Below, one piece after another: positions 9,021 to 19,880 of a stretch of 64,000 nucleotides of DNA. How positions within the stretch are numbered: the stretch's first letter is position 1; each line of letters begins with the position of its first letter. Location: NCBI GenBank assembly GCA_002774875.1, contig PCYM01000005.1:1979-65978 (forward strand), in the 5' to 3' direction. Origin of the DNA: Candidatus Uhrbacteria bacterium CG10_big_fil_rev_8_21_14_0_10_50_16 (GTDB taxonomy: Bacteria; Patescibacteriota; Patescibacteriia; UBA9934; UBA11717). The notes beneath the pieces are model-generated. The model was not told the origin of the DNA and ran no database searches. It saw only the letters and a list, made by a program, of their open reading frames with translations. A program made the translations under genes and the position numbers.

Positions 9021-9671
9021 ATGTTAAACCTCTTATTTGATCAACCCGCGTTATTCCTCGTCGTTCTTTTGGCGATTGTGTCGGCGCTTAGTTTTCATGA
9101 ATTTGCGCACGCGTTTATTGGATATACGTTAGGAGATACCACCGCGCAGCGACTTGGACGGCTCACACTCAATCCACTTGCGCACATTGATTGGTTGGGA
9201 TTACTCATGTTGGTCACGGTTGGATTTGGGTGGGGAAAACCGGTGCCATTTAATCCGCATAATCTCAAGTTTAAAACGTGGGGTCCGGTGTTTGTAGCAT
9301 TTGCCGGACCTGCATCGAATCTTTTATTCGCGCTTGTGTCCACGGCATTATTTTGGGTGTTTGCCTATTCGGGTCTTTTGTCGGCGGACAATGCGCTTAT
9401 GATGTTCTTTGGATTCTCGGTGGTCATTAATCTCGCACTCATGTTCTTTAATCTTATTCCGTTGCCGCCGCTTGATGGTTCAAAATTGTTGTTGCTTGTT
9501 CTCGACAAACCAAAATATGTGCAAGCGCGGTTTTGGATTGAGACACGGGGCTTTTGGATTTTGATCGGTGTGTTGGTTGTTGATTCGTTTACCGGTATTA
9601 ACGCATTTGGATGGTTATTTAATCTCGTATCACGCGTGGCAAATCTCTTGCTCGGCGGTGCCTTGTTATAA
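9021..9671 (+). CDS. Site-2 protease (peptidase M50)
   Basis: HEFAH, AGPASN and FNLIPLPPLDG motifs. Confidence 0.92.
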   Translation: MLNLLFDQPALFLVVLLAIVSALSFHEFAHAFIGYTLGDTTAQRLGRLTLNPLAHIDWLGLLMLVTVGFGWGKPVPFNPHNLKFKTWGPVFVAFAGPASNLLFALVSTALFWVFAYSGLLSADNALMMFFGFSVVINLALMFFNLIPLPPLDGSKLLLLVLDKPKYVQARFWIETRGFWILIGVLVVDSFTGINAFGWLFNLVSRVANLLLGGALL

Positions 9672-9685
9672 GTTACCTCACTGTT

Positions 9686-10018
9686 TTAAAAAAAAGTTCG
9701 ACCGGCCTCCATGTGGGGCTGGTTTTTAGGAAGAGCGATTGGAACGTCTACGTTGAATGGCCAGTGGATCATGTGGTCCACAAGGATTCCCACAACGACG
9801 TTTGCGAGCCCAAACCAGCTGTTTACGGGGTCAGCTCCCCAATGGAACAGGATGTCTCCACCGAGTCCAAGAATGGTCATCGTCAGAAGCACGCCAAAGG
9901 CGATTTTCTAATTACGGTTCATGAACGCAATGGACTCGTCTTGCAGTTGAGAGCAGAGGGACGAAATCGGATCAATGATCCCGACCATGAACACAAGGAA
10001 CAGAATATACTCAAACAT
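9686..10018 (-). pseudogene. Small membrane protein gene interrupted by an in-frame TAG
   Basis: GGAGG SD and ATG at 10018; TAG at 9910-9908; the same frame continues into the 68-aa ORF 9892-9686. Confidence 0.5.
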
Positions 10019-10112
10019 ACGCACCTCCAGTGACAAAGCAGCGGTTTGGAGGAAAATGTTAATAGATAAAAGGAGATTTTGGTTTGTTTGACCCTCAATT
10101 GGTCGTTTCTTA

Positions 10113-10141
10113 TTGACAAAATCAGGCCTATCTTGTATCTT
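10113..10141 (+). promoter_or_regulatory. Sigma70 promoter of the str operon
   Basis: TTGACA-N17-TATCTT. Confidence 0.65.
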
Positions 10142-10252
10142 CGCAGCATCTTATGGCGGCTCTACAAGCCAAAATGGATACCTTACTCATCGATCTTGTG
10201 CAGTACCTCTTAGGCGGAGGGAAGTCATCCACAAGACCGTAATCGTCATAAA

Positions 10253-10669
10253 ATGCCTACCATTAACCAATTGGTGCGAAAAGGTCGCCCAAAAGCGAAG
10301 CATAAGAGCAAAGTTCCAGCTCTTGGTATTACGCAAGACAGTTTGCACCGCAAACGCGGGAAGCACGACGCTCCGTTCAAGCGTGGCGTGTGTATCCGTG
10401 TGTATACGGCAACTCCTAAAAAGCCTAACTCGGCTTTGCGAAAAGTTGCACGTGTTCGACTTTCAAATGGAATCGAGGTAACAGCCTATATTCCAGGAGA
10501 GGGTCACAACTTACAAGAGCACTCCGTGGTGATGCTTCGTGGAGGTCGTGTGAAAGACCTTCCAGGTGTGCGCTACCACATTGTTCGCGGTATGTATGAT
10601 ACGCAAGGAATTGAGGGGCGTAATCAGAGCCGATCTAAATATGGAACTCGACGACCGAAAAAGTCGTAA
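10253..10669 (+). CDS. rpsL: 30S ribosomal protein S12
   Basis: [20 protein letters not shown] and [10 protein letters not shown] motifs. Confidence 0.98.
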   Translation: MPTINQLVRKGRPKAKHKSKVPALGITQDSLHRKRGKHDAPFKRGVCIRVYTATPKKPNSALRKVARVRLSNGIEVTAYIPGEGHNLQEHSVVMLRGGRVKDLPGVRYHIVRGMYDTQGIEGRNQSRSKYGTRRPKKS

Positions 10670-10689
10670 GGGACTCTTAAATACAGCCT

Positions 10690-11157
10690 ATGCGAGGTAA
10701 AAAAGCCCCAAAGCGAATCGTGAATCCTGATCCAAAATTTGGAAACATGATGGTCGCAAAATTGATTAACTATGTGATGTTGGATGGAAAGAAGACGATC
10801 GCACAAGACGTTGTGTATAACGCGTTTGCCCTTATTTCCGAGAAGTCCAAAGTGGATCCGATTGATATCTTTACACAAGCCATGGATAACGTGATGCCAA
10901 ACCTCGAGGTAAAAAGCAAACGTGTTGGTGGAGCCAACTATCAAATCCCAATGCCTGTGCGTGGTGATCGTCGTATTTCCTTGGCATTCCGATGGATCCT
11001 CAACGCAAGCCGTTCTAAGAAAGGTTCTCCTATGGCGGAGCGCTTGGCATCTGAGCTTATGGAAGCCGCAGAGGGAACAGGAGCTGCCGTAAAGAAGAAA
11101 GAAGATGTGCAACGTATGGCCGAGGCCAACAAGGCGTTCGCACACTTTGCGCGATAA
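10690..11157 (+). CDS. rpsG: 30S ribosomal protein S7
   Basis: RVGGANYQIP and MAEANKAFAHF motifs; synteny. Confidence 0.98.
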   Translation: MRGKKAPKRIVNPDPKFGNMMVAKLINYVMLDGKKTIAQDVVYNAFALISEKSKVDPIDIFTQAMDNVMPNLEVKSKRVGGANYQIPMPVRGDRRISLAFRWILNASRSKKGSPMAERLASELMEAAEGTGAAVKKKEDVQRMAEANKAFAHFAR

Positions 11158-11244
11158 TTTGCAAGAAACAAGGACTGGGATGGAACGCTTCAGCGCTCGC
11201 CCAGTCCTCTTGTTCCTTTAGACTTGAATACAAACATTCTTTAT

Positions 11245-13335
11245 ATGCCCAGAGAGTTCCCGTTAGATCATGTTCGAAACATTGGAATTATTGCCCACAT
11301 TGATGCGGGTAAGACGACCGTTACAGAACGCATTCTTTTTTACACCGGAAAAAAGCACAAACTTGGTGAAGTGCACGAGGGAGAAGCGACCATGGACTGG
11401 ATGGAGCAAGAGCAGGAGCGTGGAATCACTATTACGTCTGCTGCAACCACGTGTTTTTGGAAAGATTACAACATCAACATTATTGATACCCCAGGGCACG
11501 TAGACTTTACCGTGGAGGTGGAGCGATCATTGCGTGTGTTGGATGGAGGTGTTGTGGTGTTCGACGGTGTGGCCGGCGTGGAACCACAATCGGAAACGGT
11601 GTGGCGACAGGCGGACAAGTACCGCGTGCCTCGTATGTGTTTGGTCAACAAACTTGACCGTACGGGTGCCGACTTCATGAAGGACTTGGATTCCATTCGT
11701 ACACGACTTACCAAAAAGGCCCATCCTATCCAATTGCCAATCGGCGTGGAGAGTGATTTTATTGGTATTATCGATTTGTTAAAAATGAAAGCCTTCTTTT
11801 ATCGAGATGATGAAGGAAAGGTGATTGATGAAGTAGAGATCCCAGATGAATACAAAGCAGAAGCCGACAAATGGCGCGCAAGTTTGGTAGAGGCGATCGT
11901 GGAGAATGACGAGATGCTCATGGAAAAATACCTCGCAGGAGAGGCGTTGACTTACGACGAACTTGTTGCGGGATTGCGTGCAGGTGTGTTGGGATTAAAT
12001 GTTATTCCTGTGCTTGTTGGATCGGCACTAAAGAACAAAGGTGTGCAGATGTTGTTGGATGCGGTGAATATGTATTTGCCAGGTCCATTGGACGTGGAGC
12101 CTGTCGTGGGAACAGATCCAGACAATGCTGAGACAAAAATCCCAATTGTTGCCGGAGACGACCAGCCCGTTGCGGCATTGGCCTTTAAGATCGCAACGGA
12201 TCCATTTGTGGGAAAGTTGGTCTTTATTCGCATCTATTCAGGTGTGCTTAAGTCTGGTTCTTACATTTTGAATGCATCGACCGGTCAAAAAGAGCGTATT
12301 GGACGATTGGTTAAATTGCATGCGAACGATCGAGAAGAGGTACAGGAAGGATATGCGGGAGATATTGTGGCGGCTGTTGGACTCAAAGAAGTTCGAACAG
12401 GACACAGTTTGTCTGACCTCGCGCACCCAATTTTGTTGGAGAGCATCACATTCCCAGAGCCGGTTATCTCGATCGCTGTGGAACCAAAAACCAAGGCCGA
12501 CCAAGAGAAAATGGGAGTCGCCTTGTCAAAATTGGCAGAAGAAGACCCAACGTTCCGTGTGCGCACCGACTCGGAGACCAACCAAACGATTATTTCTGGA
12601 ATGGGAGAGTTACACTTGGATGTGCTTGTGGACCGTATGAAGCGCGAGTTTAGCGTGGAGGTGAACGTGGGCGCACCGCAGGTTTCTTATCGTGAGTCTA
12701 TTCGTGGTGAGGCAGAGGCCGAAGGCAAGTTTGTGCGACAGTCTGGTGGTCGTGGACAGTATGGTCACGTGGTCATTAAGATCGAGCCAAACGAGCCAGG
12801 AAAAGGATACGAATTCCTCAACGAGATTAAGGGCGGAGCTGTGCCTCGTGAATACATCGAACCAGCAAACAAGGGAATTCAAGAAGCATTGGACAGCGGT
12901 ATTTATGCCGGTTACCCAGTGATTGATGTGAAGGTGCACATGATCGATGGTTCTTACCATGACGTGGACTCCTCCGAAGTTGCCTTTAAGTTGGCTGGGT
13001 CGATGGCGATTAAGGCTGCTGCGCTGAAGGCTGGCATTAAATTGTTGGAGCCAATCATGAAGGTGGAGGTGGTAACGCCTGAGGAATCTATGGGAGACGT
13101 GATTGGAGACCTTAATGCAAAACGAGGTCAGATCAGTGAGATGACGGACCGTGGTGAAGCAAAATTGATCCACGCGCTCGTTCCATTATCCGAGATGTTT
13201 GGATACGCAACACAATTGCGATCGCTCTCACAGGGACGCGCAAGCTCCTCTATGGAATTTGAGAAGTACATGGAAGTGCCAAACACAATCGCAGAGCAAA
13301 TTAAGACGGAGCGAACAGGTGAGGGGGCACGATAG
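11245..13335 (+). CDS. fusA: Elongation factor G
   Basis: [28 protein letters not shown] and GMGELHL motifs. Confidence 0.98.
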   Translation: MPREFPLDHVRNIGIIAHIDAGKTTVTERILFYTGKKHKLGEVHEGEATMDWMEQEQERGITITSAATTCFWKDYNINIIDTPGHVDFTVEVERSLRVLDGGVVVFDGVAGVEPQSETVWRQADKYRVPRMCLVNKLDRTGADFMKDLDSIRTRLTKKAHPIQLPIGVESDFIGIIDLLKMKAFFYRDDEGKVIDEVEIPDEYKAEADKWRASLVEAIVENDEMLMEKYLAGEALTYDELVAGLRAGVLGLNVIPVLVGSALKNKGVQMLLDAVNMYLPGPLDVEPVVGTDPDNAETKIPIVAGDDQPVAALAFKIATDPFVGKLVFIRIYSGVLKSGSYILNASTGQKERIGRLVKLHANDREEVQEGYAGDIVAAVGLKEVRTGHSLSDLAHPILLESITFPEPVISIAVEPKTKADQEKMGVALSKLAEEDPTFRVRTDSETNQTIISGMGELHLDVLVDRMKREFSVEVNVGAPQVSYRESIRGEAEAEGKFVRQSGGRGQYGHVVIKIEPNEPGKGYEFLNEIKGGAVPREYIEPANKGIQEALDSGIYAGYPVIDVKVHMIDGSYHDVDSSEVAFKLAGSMAIKAAALKAGIKLLEPIMKVEVVTPEESMGDVIGDLNAKRGQISEMTDRGEAKLIHALVPLSEMFGYATQLRSLSQGRASSSMEFEKYMEVPNTIAEQIKTERTGEGAR

Positions 13336-13363
13336 AGATTGATGAACGAATACAGTTTCGTTC

Positions 13364-13397
13364 ACAAAACCGGTTCTCACGAGCCGGTTTTGTGTTT
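13364..13397 (+). terminator. Intrinsic terminator after fusA
   Basis: ACAAAACCGGTTC-TCAC-GAGCCGGTTTTGT followed by GTTT. Confidence 0.75.
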
Positions 13398-13491
13398 GTA
13401 AGATTAAGAAGGGCCAATGACTATCAGGGCTTGACAGATAGAATAAGTGTGCTACAAAGGGGGTATCGAACGATTCGATACAGACAACGAT

Positions 13492-13614
13492 ATGAAACTA
13501 TTCACGACACAACTCTGGATGAGTCACCGCAGTGCGCCTCAGGGCGTAGTGGTTGATAAAGCATTTATTGCAAATGCAGGAGTTTGTGTTGAGCGAGATA
13601 TTTTAAGAAATTGA
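13492..13614 (+). CDS. Putative 40-aa leader peptide (uORF)
   Basis: Follows TTGACA at 13431; precedes a hairpin and a terminator-like stem upstream of the ABC gene. Confidence 0.3.
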   Translation: MKLFTTQLWMSHRSAPQGVVVDKAFIANAGVCVERDILRN

Positions 13615-13717
13615 GTTTATTTTTAAACTGGATTCTTAGAACGTCTTGCGCAATAGGCAAGACGTTTGTGTTTTAGGGTGAGATTGGTCTTTACAGCCCC
13701 GCAAATGCGGGAGAAAG

Positions 13718-15595
13718 GTGCAAATGGCCAACGTCGATGTAGATGATCTGCGGTCGGAAGGTCCTAGCAACTGGCGTGAGTTTCTGATTCTGACGAGCGG
13801 TAGCCTCCAGACCCTCAAGTGGGTTTGGGCGCATTTTGCTGGGTCGGAGGGTCGGAGCCGTGTTAAAAGTATGGCGGTATGGATGCTGCCAAATACGGCG
13901 TTCAAGCTGCTGCCGTTCTTGGCGATTGGACGATTGGTTACGGCGGTTCAGGAACAGGACACACCCGTGGCTCGCGTTGCAACGATAGGATTCTTCCTCT
14001 CGTTGGTTCTCATGGAGCTCACGGGAAATCGGATCCGCGCGCATCGCGAGAAGGCTTTGGCAGCCTGCGCTGTGCAGATCGACAAGCGACTCTCGGAGCT
14101 GTTCTTCCATCACGGCATTGGCCAGTTCTTGTCTGAGGGAAGTCGTCTGAGTGCGGCGAACGTAGAGAAAGCTCGCGGTCGCGTGTGGTCCGTCATGGAT
14201 CTCATGATGTTTGAGGGGATTGCGGCCCTCATGGACATTGGCCTCGCCTACGTGTTGGTGTGGCTGTTGTCGCCGCGCAGCGGATTAGTTATGACGGGAC
14301 TGTTTGTTATTCACGCGTTCTTCTCTGTCTATATGAGTGGGCGTGTGATGCGTGACGGCGTGCCGATTGATCGTGAATATCGTGCACATAACGTCTATCG
14401 GACGGACCGTTGGTCTCTCTTCCGACGCGTGATTATGGCCGGACGCGTAAGAGAGGAAATCGACTACATGACCGAGTGGATGGCTCGCATCTCACGTAAG
14501 GACAATGGCTTGTGGCTTTGGTTTAACGACCAGATCAGCATTCGTGGCGTCGTGATGTCTGTGTTCTTCAGCTTGTGCGTGTGGTGGGAAGTGACGTGTG
14601 CGTTTCAAGGTATACTCGCCGTTGCGTCCATGGTTCCTTTGTTCTCATGGTCGTACAACTTGTTCATGAACTTTTGGCGACTGGGACACATGGAGCGACA
14701 GCTCAACTGGAATATGCCGAGTGTACAGGCGATGGTCGTCGCGTTGACGATCCCAACCGATGTGCCCGTTAAGGCAGACGCCCTTCAGGTATTGCCCAAC
14801 GGTCCACTCGGGATCGAATTGCGCGACGTGAGCTACGCGTATCCGTCTGAAACCTCTCCGACGGAGCTTGTACCTGTGTTAAGTCATGTAAATCTCGTGA
14901 TTCCTCCGGGCTGCAAAGTGGGTTTGGTGGGTGAGACAGGGTCGGGCAAGTCGACGATCGGGAATTTGCTCTTGCGATTCATGGATCCTACGTCGGGAGC
15001 GATTCTGGTGAATGGGTACAATCTGCGTGATTTGGACTTGTCCAGTTATTGTCGCGCGATTGGCGACATTCCTCAGCATCCCGAGATTCTGGAAGGAACA
15101 CTGAGGGACAACGTGCTCTACAATGTGCCTCTTGCGGATCGTGCGGCGTTTTCCGACGCGGACGTGTGGAGCGTGCTTGCAAAAGTCCAGTTGGCCGATC
15201 ACAAGCGGTTCACGAACGGTTTGGATACGCGTCTGGGAAAGAACGGCATGAAGTTGTCTGGTGGTCAGCGTCAGCGGCTTGCCATTGCCTCGGCGATCAT
15301 CCAGCACCTCCGATTCGTGGTGATCGATGAGGCTACGAGTGCCCTGGACGCCAAGACGGAACGCAGGGTCCAAAAGGGAATTGAGGCGATGCTGGGCGAG
15401 AACACCACGGCACTCATGATCGCACATCGGCTGCCAACGCTCAGGTTCTGTGACATGATCGTCATCCTTCGTCCGGCCTCGTCTCTGGCTCCTGGTGAGT
15501 CGCAGATTGAGTACGTGGCCACCTCGCTGGAGGACGCCTACGCGCATTCGCCCACGTTTAGGGGCTTTGCGGATGAACTGGGAATGGCCTTCTAA
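13718..15595 (+). CDS. ABC exporter, fused TMD-NBD half transporter
   Basis: N-terminal TM domain; GETGSGKST Walker A, LSGGQ signature, VVIDEATSALD Walker B/D-loop, IAHR; start may be the ATG at 13724. Confidence 0.92.
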   Translation: MQMANVDVDDLRSEGPSNWREFLILTSGSLQTLKWVWAHFAGSEGRSRVKSMAVWMLPNTAFKLLPFLAIGRLVTAVQEQDTPVARVATIGFFLSLVLMELTGNRIRAHREKALAACAVQIDKRLSELFFHHGIGQFLSEGSRLSAANVEKARGRVWSVMDLMMFEGIAALMDIGLAYVLVWLLSPRSGLVMTGLFVIHAFFSVYMSGRVMRDGVPIDREYRAHNVYRTDRWSLFRRVIMAGRVREEIDYMTEWMARISRKDNGLWLWFNDQISIRGVVMSVFFSLCVWWEVTCAFQGILAVASMVPLFSWSYNLFMNFWRLGHMERQLNWNMPSVQAMVVALTIPTDVPVKADALQVLPNGPLGIELRDVSYAYPSETSPTELVPVLSHVNLVIPPGCKVGLVGETGSGKSTIGNLLLRFMDPTSGAILVNGYNLRDLDLSSYCRAIGDIPQHPEILEGTLRDNVLYNVPLADRAAFSDADVWSVLAKVQLADHKRFTNGLDTRLGKNGMKLSGGQRQRLAIASAIIQHLRFVVIDEATSALDAKTERRVQKGIEAMLGENTTALMIAHRLPTLRFCDMIVILRPASSLAPGESQIEYVATSLEDAYAHSPTFRGFADELGMAF

Positions 15596-15675
15596 TACGT
15601 TGCCTCGTCGGGATCTCCGGCGGGGCGCATATTTTTTATTGACGCGACCCTGTATCGTGATAACATCAACCCACT

Positions 15676-16083
15676 ATGAGCCAACAACTACAAGAAATAC
15701 TGCATTTTGCACAAAAAACAGGGGACAAAGTGATCGTTACAGACAATGAGGGAAAGGAGCCAATGGTGATATTGCCATTTACAGCCTATCAAAGTCTCGT
15801 TGAACGGCTGGGTTCGGTTTCCTTTACGCCCGTCTCTTCTGAGAATGAATCGGAGGAAATCGACGCATTAGCCGATTTACCTGAGGAATTTTTTGCAACA
15901 GAGTCCAACAACGTGGATGATCTTGCTTTAGAGATCCCAGAAGCCCCAACAAAGCAAAATCGCGATCAAATCTGGCCCGTTTCTGGATCAAAAAAGGTAG
16001 AAAATACGCCAGCTTTAGCGGAAACAGATACATCGGATGCGCCGGAGGAAGAGGAGCAATTCTACTTAGAACCCGTTGAATAG
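15676..16083 (+). CDS. Acidic hypothetical protein upstream of tuf
   Basis: 135-aa ORF with promoter-like TTGACG...TAACAT; acidic low-complexity tail ending FYLEPVE. Confidence 0.7.
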   Translation: MSQQLQEILHFAQKTGDKVIVTDNEGKEPMVILPFTAYQSLVERLGSVSFTPVSSENESEEIDALADLPEEFFATESNNVDDLALEIPEAPTKQNRDQIWPVSGSKKVENTPALAETDTSDAPEEEEQFYLEPVE

Positions 16084-16221
16084 GCCTCGTGGATAGAATC
16101 GGTACCCAGGGTACTTGCACGGTTTTCGATTCCATGGTACATTCCGCTCGCATTTCTTTACTAACCTCATTCATATTTTGATAAGAACCTCTGTCCTCGG
16201 ACAAGTTCAGTCTAATGTCAT

Positions 16222-17412
16222 ATGGCAGATGTATTCGAACGTGGGAAACCACATGTTAACGTCGGTACGATTGGTCACGTTGACCACGGTAAGACGACCC
16301 TTACGGGAGCAATTTTAAAAGTACTCCACGCACGTGGATTCAAGGCCTCGGCAGATTCTGTTGATGCTCTTGATAAGGCTCCAGAATCACGAAACCGTGG
16401 TATTACGATCGCGACCGCTCACGTTGAGTATGAGTCAGCAAATCGTCACTACGCCCACGTTGACTGTCCAGGTCACGCAGACTACGTGAAAAACATGATC
16501 ACCGGTGCAGCTCAAATGGATGCTGCAATCCTCGTGGTAAACGCCGCAGATGGTCCTATGCCACAAACGCGTGAGCACATTCTTTTGGCTCGCCAGGTTG
16601 GAGTACCTACGATCGTGGTGTTCTTGAACAAGATCGACCAGGTAGATGATCCTGAATTGATCGACTTGGTGGAAGAAGAAATTCGTGATTTGTTGAAGAA
16701 ATACGATTACGATGGAGACAACACGCCTATTATTCGTGGATCTGCGCTTAAGGCGCTTGAGAATCCTACAGATGAAGAGGCAGCAGCTCCTATTTTGAAG
16801 CTTATCGAGACATTAGACACCTATGTTGCGGAACCGGTTCGCGACATGGACAAGCCATTCCTTTTGCCAGTGGAAGATGTTTTCTCCATTGAAGGACGTG
16901 GAACGGTGGTAACGGGACGTATCGAGCGTGGAACTATCAACATCAACACGGAAGTGGAGATTGTAGGTATCGATGAAACGCAAAAGTCGACCGTTACAGG
17001 AATCGAGATGTTTAACAAGCAGCTCGAGCAGGGTCGTGCTGGAGATAACGCCGGTTTGTTGCTTCGCGGAATCCGCAAGGAGGATGTACAGCGTGGACAG
17101 GTGTTGTGTCTCCCAGGATCCATTACACCTCACACAGAGTTTGAGGCAGAGGTATACGCATTGACCAAAGAGGAAGGTGGACGTCATAAGCCATTCTTCA
17201 AAGGCTACAAGCCACAGTTCTACATCCGTACGACAGACGTAACAGGTGAGACCGTGGACTTGGGCGGTGCAGAAATGGTGATGCCAGGAGACAAGGTCAA
17301 TATGCGCATCAAATTGATTGTGCCGGTTGCACTTGAGGATCAAACACGTTTTGCTATCCGTGAGGGTGGCCGAACGGTTGGTGCTGGAGTCGTTACAAAA
17401 ATTCTTGACTAA
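16222..17412 (+). CDS. tuf: Elongation factor Tu
   Basis: [25 protein letters not shown] and [10 protein letters not shown] motifs. Confidence 0.98.
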   Translation: MADVFERGKPHVNVGTIGHVDHGKTTLTGAILKVLHARGFKASADSVDALDKAPESRNRGITIATAHVEYESANRHYAHVDCPGHADYVKNMITGAAQMDAAILVVNAADGPMPQTREHILLARQVGVPTIVVFLNKIDQVDDPELIDLVEEEIRDLLKKYDYDGDNTPIIRGSALKALENPTDEEAAAPILKLIETLDTYVAEPVRDMDKPFLLPVEDVFSIEGRGTVVTGRIERGTININTEVEIVGIDETQKSTVTGIEMFNKQLEQGRAGDNAGLLLRGIRKEDVQRGQVLCLPGSITPHTEFEAEVYALTKEEGGRHKPFFKGYKPQFYIRTTDVTGETVDLGGAEMVMPGDKVNMRIKLIVPVALEDQTRFAIREGGRTVGAGVVTKILD

Positions 17413-17468
17413 GGGAATCGAGGGGCAGCATCGCTGTCTCTCTTTCTCGTGAACATCGTACCTTCTAT

Positions 17469-17795
17469 ATGGCTGAAAAAACGGCAACGGATCAAAGAAT
17501 CCGAATCAAAATTCGCGCTTACGATCACAAGATCATTGATCAGGCAACAGCTACGATCATGAAAACCGCAGAGCGAACCGGTGCAAAGGTTTTGGGACCC
17601 GTTCCACTTCCAACCGCCCGTCGCATGTATACCGTCAACCGATCGACGTTCGTTCATAAAACGTCGCGCGAACAATATGAGATGCGCGTCCATAAGCGCT
17701 TGATCGATATTGTTCAGCCCTCCGAGCGGACCGTAGAGGCGCTCATGAGTCTCAACTTGCCATCTGGTGTGGACGTTGAGATCAAAATGTCATAA
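17469..17795 (+). CDS. rpsJ: 30S ribosomal protein S10
   Basis: [17 protein letters not shown] and HKRLIDI motifs. Confidence 0.97.
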   Translation: MAEKTATDQRIRIKIRAYDHKIIDQATATIMKTAERTGAKVLGPVPLPTARRMYTVNRSTFVHKTSREQYEMRVHKRLIDIVQPSERTVEALMSLNLPSGVDVEIKMS

Positions 17796-18190
17796 AAACA
17801 ACCAGCTTTGCTGGACCCTGAGCTATGATCAGGGATGTGTGCATTCTGTGCTCACGTCCCTGGTCATAGACCCGGACTGTTTCCTAAAACATGGAAGAAA
17901 GATCTTACGTCAACGGTGACGAAGAAAACCTTCCAGGGTTAGACCGAAACAGAAGAAAGGATAAACTCGCTACAATAAAACCCCCGCAACTCTTGTGCCT
18001 ACGTTGTGGCTAGAAGCCCGAATAGTCGACCCTCCGTGGTTGTGTATTTGGACTTCTGGTTTTTACTTAGAACCAGTCGGGATCAATCCGTGAGTATGTG
18101 GACCTGTTCAAGAAGAATAATCAACAATCGTTGGTTGCTCATCAGGAGGCGTGTCTGCATCGTTACGCGAAATCCCTAATTTAAGACGAT
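17796..18190 (+). ncRNA. Structured 395-nt rpsJ-rplC spacer, candidate cis-regulatory RNA
   Basis: Several long hairpins with G-U pairs on the + strand; no credible ORF. Confidence 0.45.
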
Positions 18191-18802
18191 ATGAAATGCA
18201 TCATCGGACGAAAACTTGAGATGACCCAGGTCTTCCGTGAGGATGGTACCGTTGTTCCTGTGACGTTGATCCAGGCCGGACCCTGCACGGTGACCGATGT
18301 GCGCACAGTTGACGCGAATGGCTATGCGGCTGTTCAACTCGGCTATGGCGTGCAAAAAGCTTCACGCGTGGCTAAGGCGCAGCTTGGACAGTGGCTCGAA
18401 TCAGGACCATTCCAACTTGTGAAAGAGGTGCGCGTGAGTGACCCATCGAATTACGAAGTGGGTGCAACGGTTGACGCTTCAATTTTTGAGGCAGGAGATA
18501 AAATCGATGTGATCGGCACATCCAAGGGTCGTGGGTTCCAAGGTGTTGTGAAGCGTCACGGATTCCGTGGTTCTAAAACAACCCATGGTAACAAAGACCA
18601 ACAGCGCATGCCGGGTTCCATTGGAGCCACGGGTCCACAGCGTGTGTTTAAGGGGATGCGAATGGCAGGACGCATGGGTGGTGATCGCACCACGGTACAG
18701 AACCTCGAGATCGTCGAGGTACGTCCAAATGGATTAGTCGCCGTAAAAGGTGCAGTTCCTGGAAGCCGAAACAGTCTTATTGTTCTAAAGAGCGTTAAGT
18801 AA
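18191..18802 (+). CDS. rplC: 50S ribosomal protein L3
   Basis: SKGRGFQGVVKRHGF and KGAVPG motifs. Confidence 0.97.
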   Translation: MKCIIGRKLEMTQVFREDGTVVPVTLIQAGPCTVTDVRTVDANGYAAVQLGYGVQKASRVAKAQLGQWLESGPFQLVKEVRVSDPSNYEVGATVDASIFEAGDKIDVIGTSKGRGFQGVVKRHGFRGSKTTHGNKDQQRMPGSIGATGPQRVFKGMRMAGRMGGDRTTVQNLEIVEVRPNGLVAVKGAVPGSRNSLIVLKSVK

Positions 18803-18807
18803 GGGCT

Positions 18808-19437
18808 ATGCAAATCGACATGTACAACACAAAAGGAGATGTTGTCGGTTCAGTAGATCTGAACGATAGTATCTTTGGTGTGGAAGTAAACGAGGCCCTC
18901 GTTCACGAGGCCGTCATGACGCAAAAGGCAAATGCCCGTGTTGTTTTGGCGCATGTAAAAGATCGAAGTGAAGTACGCGGTGGTGGTAAGAAGCCATGGC
19001 GTCAGAAGGGAACAGGACGTGCACGTCACGGATCCAGCCGCTCTCCTATCTGGATCGGTGGAGGTGTCACTTTTGGCCCAAACCGTCTTCGCAACTTTTC
19101 TCGCAAGATGAACCGAAAGGCTCGTCGCAAAGCTATGTTTATGACCTTGTCCGATAAGGTAGCGAACAAGGCATTCTTGGTGATTGATAGTTTGGAGATG
19201 GAAGGAAAGACCAAGGAAGTTGCTGCGTTGTTGAAGGCACTCCCACGACAGGGAAAACGCACATTGCTGGTAACCAAGCCGGAAAACGTGTCCGTTCGAC
19301 GAGCGGCACAGAACATGTTCTTTACGCAAGGTATCGCGCCAAATAGTTTGAACGTGGTGGATATTTTGAAGGCAGGAACGATCATTATCGGGAAGGAAGA
19401 GCTCGAGACCCTTACTCAACACTTTGTAAAGGCCTAA
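18808..19437 (+). CDS. rplD: 50S ribosomal protein L4
   Basis: KPWRQKGTGRARHGS motif. Confidence 0.97.
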   Translation: MQIDMYNTKGDVVGSVDLNDSIFGVEVNEALVHEAVMTQKANARVVLAHVKDRSEVRGGGKKPWRQKGTGRARHGSSRSPIWIGGGVTFGPNRLRNFSRKMNRKARRKAMFMTLSDKVANKAFLVIDSLEMEGKTKEVAALLKALPRQGKRTLLVTKPENVSVRRAAQNMFFTQGIAPNSLNVVDILKAGTIIIGKEELETLTQHFVKA

Positions 19438-19441
19438 GCGT

Positions 19442-19870
19442 ATGGCAATTCTCAAACGAACAAAAGACGTGAAAGTCGAGGAAGCAAAGAACGAGAAAGA
19501 GGTCGTTGCAACCGCTCCCGTAAAGAAAGCTGCAAAAGCTCCAAAGGCAACGGCAGACAAGAAGACTAAAAAAACACAGGAGTCAGGTGATGCGTACCGT
19601 GTGCTCGTACGACCACTTGTAACAGAAAAATCTGCGCGTTTGGCTTCCGAGGGTGTTTACACCTTCCAGGTTGCAAAGGGCGTTGATAAAATCTATGTAC
19701 GACAGGCCGTGAAGGCGCTTTACAACGTAGATCCTGTGCGAGTGAACATTTTGAATCAACGTGGAAAAGAGGTTCGCGTCGGAAGAGTGACGGGATCTCG
19801 CAACCACTGGCGCAAGGCCTATGTCTTTATGGGCAAGGGTCAGCACCTAGATGTCTACGAAGGCGTGTAA
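19442..19870 (+). CDS. rplW: 50S ribosomal protein L23 with Lys/Ala-rich N-terminal extension
   Basis: PLVTEKS and WRKAYV motifs; synteny. Confidence 0.94.
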   Translation: MAILKRTKDVKVEEAKNEKEVVATAPVKKAAKAPKATADKKTKKTQESGDAYRVLVRPLVTEKSARLASEGVYTFQVAKGVDKIYVRQAVKALYNVDPVRVNILNQRGKEVRVGRVTGSRNHWRKAYVFMGKGQHLDVYEGV

Positions 19871-19880
19871 TAAAGGGACT

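Noticed and set aside
17891-18013. 40-aa ORF in the rpsJ-rplC spacer
   Set aside because: It lies within paired regions, lacks the tATG context and has no recognisable motif.
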